A stretch of 61,848 bases of DNA, counting the filler. It is 6 parts of 6 records of this genome, joined end to end, with 100 filler letters (N's around TTAATTAATTAA, not from the genome) between each part and the next. Parts side by side here need not be neighbours in the genome. Positions count along the whole stretch, not along the records: positions 50,867 to 61,848 come from SRR2962707_2826; 5 more parts are not named here. One strand, written 5' to 3'. The notes beneath the pieces are model-generated. The model was not told the DNA's origin. It was given only the letters and a program-made list of their open reading frames with translations, and ran no database searches. Numbering within the stretch: the first letter of the stretch is position 1; each line of letters begins with the position of its first letter. The position numbers and the translations under genes were made by a program. This document shows positions 59,263-61,848 of this stretch, in pieces.

Positions 59263-61761
59263 ATGACCACGAATGCGTTTTCTCCCTCCGATTCCCTGCC
59301 GGTGGACGAGGTTCTGCCGGACCTGCTCGACGCCCTGCGACAGCACGGCGGCGCCGTGCTGGAAGCGCCGCCGGGAGCCGGCAAATCCACCCGTGTGCCG
59401 CTGGCGCTGCTGGATGCCGGCTGGCGCCAGGAGCGCCGCATTCTGATGCTGGAGCCGCGCCGGGTGGCGGCCCGCTCGGTGGCCGCTTATATGGCATCGC
59501 AACTGGGCGAGCCGGTGGGGCAGAGAATTGGCTATCGTACCCGGCTGGACAGCCGCGTGGGCAAGGACACGGTGATCGAAGTGGTCACCGAAGGTGTGCT
59601 CACCCGCATGCTGCATGAGGACCCGGCTCTGGAGCGGTATGCGGCGGTGCTGTTCGACGAGTTTCACGAGCGTTCCCTGCAGGCGGATCTGGGCCTGGCC
59701 CTGGTGCAGGAAGTGCGGCAGGCGTTGCGCGAGGACCTGCGTCTGCTGGTGATGTCGGCGACCCTGGACGCGGAGCCGCTGGGCGAAGGGCTGGCGTTGC
59801 CGGTGGTGCGCAGCGAAGGACGGCAGTATCCGGTGGCGGTGCACTATCGGGCGCCGGGACGGGAGCGCCATTGGCTGGATCATTGTGCCGACTGCGTGCG
59901 TGAGGTGGCGGGGGAGGGCACGGTGCTGGTGTTCTTGCCCGGCGCCGGGGAAATTCGCCGATTGAGCGAGGCCCTGGCCGGACTCGACTGCGCGGTGGAG
60001 GTTCTGCACGGTCGCCTCGATGGTGATGAGCAACAGCGGGTCCTGCGCGCCAGTCAGGGGCCGCGGGTGGTGCTGGCCACCAATGTGGCGGAGACCAGCG
60101 TGACGTTGGACGGCGTTACCACAGTGGTGGACAGCGGTTTGCAGCGTAGCCCGCAATACGATCCACGGCGCCATCGCAGCCGCCTGACCACCCGGCGTAT
60201 CAGCCAGGCCAACGCTGACCAGCGCGCCGGGCGCGCCGGGCGGCTTGGGCCGGGCCAGTGCCTGCGGTTGTGGTCCCGGGAGGAAGTGCTGGCCCGTCAT
60301 ATCGAAGCGGAGACCAGCCAGGTGGCGCTGGACGGTTTGGTGTTGGATCTGGCCCGTTGGGGGTGTCGCGACCCCGGTGAATTGTTCTGGCTGACGCCGC
60401 CGCCGGCGGGGCCCTGGCGGGCGGCGCGGGCGCGGCTGGAACGGTTGGGCGCGCTCGATGACAGGGGCGCGCTCAGCGAACTGGGCCGGGCGCTGGCGGA
60501 ACTGCCAATGGACCCGGAGCAGGGGGCTTTGGTGGTGCGCGGCCATCAACACGGCTGCTCGGAAAGCGCGGCGATACTGGCGTTGCTGATTCAGGACGCG
60601 CCGGCGGGGCTGGACCGGGAAGTGGATTTGCAACGGCGTTGGCAACGGTATCGAGCCCGCCCCGGGGATTGGCCGTTACTGCGTAAAGCGTTGCGGCGTT
60701 TACGCGGCGTGCGGGCGGATCGGCAGGAAGCCGATGCCAGTCTGTTAGGGCGGGTGCTGGCGGAGGCCTTTCCGGATGGCCTGGCCCGCCGGCGGGAGCA
60801 AGGCACAAGTCGTCATAGCGCCGCTGATGGCGCTCGTTACGTCCTCGCTGACGGCTCTCGTTATGTCCTGGCTGATGGCTCTGGCGCCCGTCTGCAACCG
60901 GGCTCGGCGCTGGCCGGCCATGAATGGCTGGTGGTGTTGGACACCGACGGTGATCCCAGGGAGGGCCGGATCCGGTTGGCTTGGGGATTGGACGAGGAAG
61001 TGCTGGCCACGGTTCTGGAGCGGGCTCCCTGGAAAGAACAAGTGGGATGGGACGAGCACCGCGAGCGGGTGGTGGCCGAGCAGATACGCGCTGTGGGGCA
61101 ACTGGTGATTGAGCGGCGTCCGTTGCCCTCGCCATCGCCGGCGTTGATCGAACAGGGTTTGCTGGCCGGTATTCGTCAGCGGGGGCTGTCGGTGCTGCCG
61201 TGGGAGCCCCGCTGGCGCCAGTGGCAAGCACGGGTGAACTGGATGCATCGGCTGCGGCCGCAAGAGTGGCCGGCGGCGGACGATGACAGCCTGCTCGCCA
61301 CACTGGAATCCTGGCTGCTGCCGTTCCTGGCCGGGCACCGTGGTTTGCGGGATCTGCGTGCTTTGCCGCTGGGGCAGGCGTTGTCCCTGTGGCTTGGCCA
61401 CGAACGGCAGGCGTGGCTGGATCAGTGGTTGCCGGAACGCTGCACAGTGGCGTCGGGGCGTTCGGTGCCGATCGATTATTTGCCCGACGGCGGCCCGCGC
61501 CTGGAGGTAAAGTTGCAGGAGTGTTTCGGCATGGAAACGCTGCCGTCCCTGGCTGACGGGCAACTGCCTCTGACCGCCTCGCTGTTGACCCCGGCCGGAC
61601 GTCCGGCGGCCATCACCGGGGATCTCGGCCGTTTCTGGCGCGAGGGTTACGCCGAGGTCCGCAAGGACCTGCGCGGTCGCTATCCCAAACACCCATGGCC
61701 GGAGGACCCACTGCGGGCCGAGGCGACGGCGCGGACCAAGAAAGGCATGGGGCGGGGGTAA
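59263..61761 (+). CDS. hrpB: ATP-dependent helicase HrpB
   Basis: APPGAGKST, LEPRR, DEFHER, MSAT, ATNVAETS, QRAGRAGR, LRGRYPKHPWPEDP. Confidence 0.95.
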   Translation: MTTNAFSPSDSLPVDEVLPDLLDALRQHGGAVLEAPPGAGKSTRVPLALLDAGWRQERRILMLEPRRVAARSVAAYMASQLGEPVGQRIGYRTRLDSRVGKDTVIEVVTEGVLTRMLHEDPALERYAAVLFDEFHERSLQADLGLALVQEVRQALREDLRLLVMSATLDAEPLGEGLALPVVRSEGRQYPVAVHYRAPGRERHWLDHCADCVREVAGEGTVLVFLPGAGEIRRLSEALAGLDCAVEVLHGRLDGDEQQRVLRASQGPRVVLATNVAETSVTLDGVTTVVDSGLQRSPQYDPRRHRSRLTTRRISQANADQRAGRAGRLGPGQCLRLWSREEVLARHIEAETSQVALDGLVLDLARWGCRDPGELFWLTPPPAGPWRAARARLERLGALDDRGALSELGRALAELPMDPEQGALVVRGHQHGCSESAAILALLIQDAPAGLDREVDLQRRWQRYRARPGDWPLLRKALRRLRGVRADRQEADASLLGRVLAEAFPDGLARRREQGTSRHSAADGARYVLADGSRYVLADGSGARLQPGSALAGHEWLVVLDTDGDPREGRIRLAWGLDEEVLATVLERAPWKEQVGWDEHRERVVAEQIRAVGQLVIERRPLPSPSPALIEQGLLAGIRQRGLSVLPWEPRWRQWQARVNWMHRLRPQEWPAADDDSLLATLESWLLPFLAGHRGLRDLRALPLGQALSLWLGHERQAWLDQWLPERCTVASGRSVPIDYLPDGGPRLEVKLQECFGMETLPSLADGQLPLTASLLTPAGRPAAITGDLGRFWREGYAEVRKDLRGRYPKHPWPEDPLRAEATARTKKGMGRG
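60823..60882 (+). repeat. in-frame 24-nt tandem duplication within hrpB
   Basis: CGTTACGTCCTCGCTGACGGCTCT / CGTTATGTCCTGGCTGATGGCTCT (RYVLADGS x2) plus a half copy (ADGA). Confidence 0.85.
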
Positions 61762-61848
61762 CATGTTCGCACGCCGATTCGCTGCCAGAGCAACTGACCA
61801 CGAAGCCACCGTGGGAGCTGGTCCGGGCGGCGGGCCGCTGCAAGCGAA

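Overview
This window is not one locus. It is six unrelated contigs joined by five 100-nt artificial spacers (N44-TTAATTAATTAA-N44). (1) 1-7248: alphaproteobacterial (Rhizobiales-like) myo-inositol catabolism cluster (iolCDE-small gene-iolB, iolG), a MerR regulator and the ihfA 3' end. (2) 7349-12758: Rhodobacteraceae-like housekeeping block (MBL hydrolase, DUF5671 pair, tadA, rluB, xpaC-telA). (3) 12859-24654: Rhodospirillales-like nuoM-nuoN-birA-coaX-rnj-mce-DUF1467 ... lolC/E, with five genes where proS usually sits. (4) 24755-41250: the richest segment. It carries a beta-CASP nuclease, a CBS protein, a 1150-aa chimeric channel (periplasmic binding domain + pLGIC-like beta-sandwich + MscS + cNMP), TerB-like, glutaredoxin-DinB, PAS, a frameshifted fabI, an AT-flanked two-gene unit of an 81-aa beta-motif peptide plus a standalone metacaspase, two tiny ORFs missing from the ORF track, ccrM with a GANTC-rich promoter, and a GcvT/Rieske/LysR module. 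(5) 41351-50766: tRNA-Gln 3' end, then a SorC-regulated ugpBAE-GDPD-phoD-HAD-ugpC operon and pcaD. (6) 50867-61848: high-GC gammaproteobacterial-like block (modBC, Lgt-like, RHH, GMC oxidase, LysR-GST, methyltransferase, LysR, hrpB). The best candidates for undescribed biology are the peptide-metacaspase operon (33218-34310) and the multi-sensor MscS chimera (26489-29941). Taxonomic and family calls come from motif recognition by eye; no searches were run.
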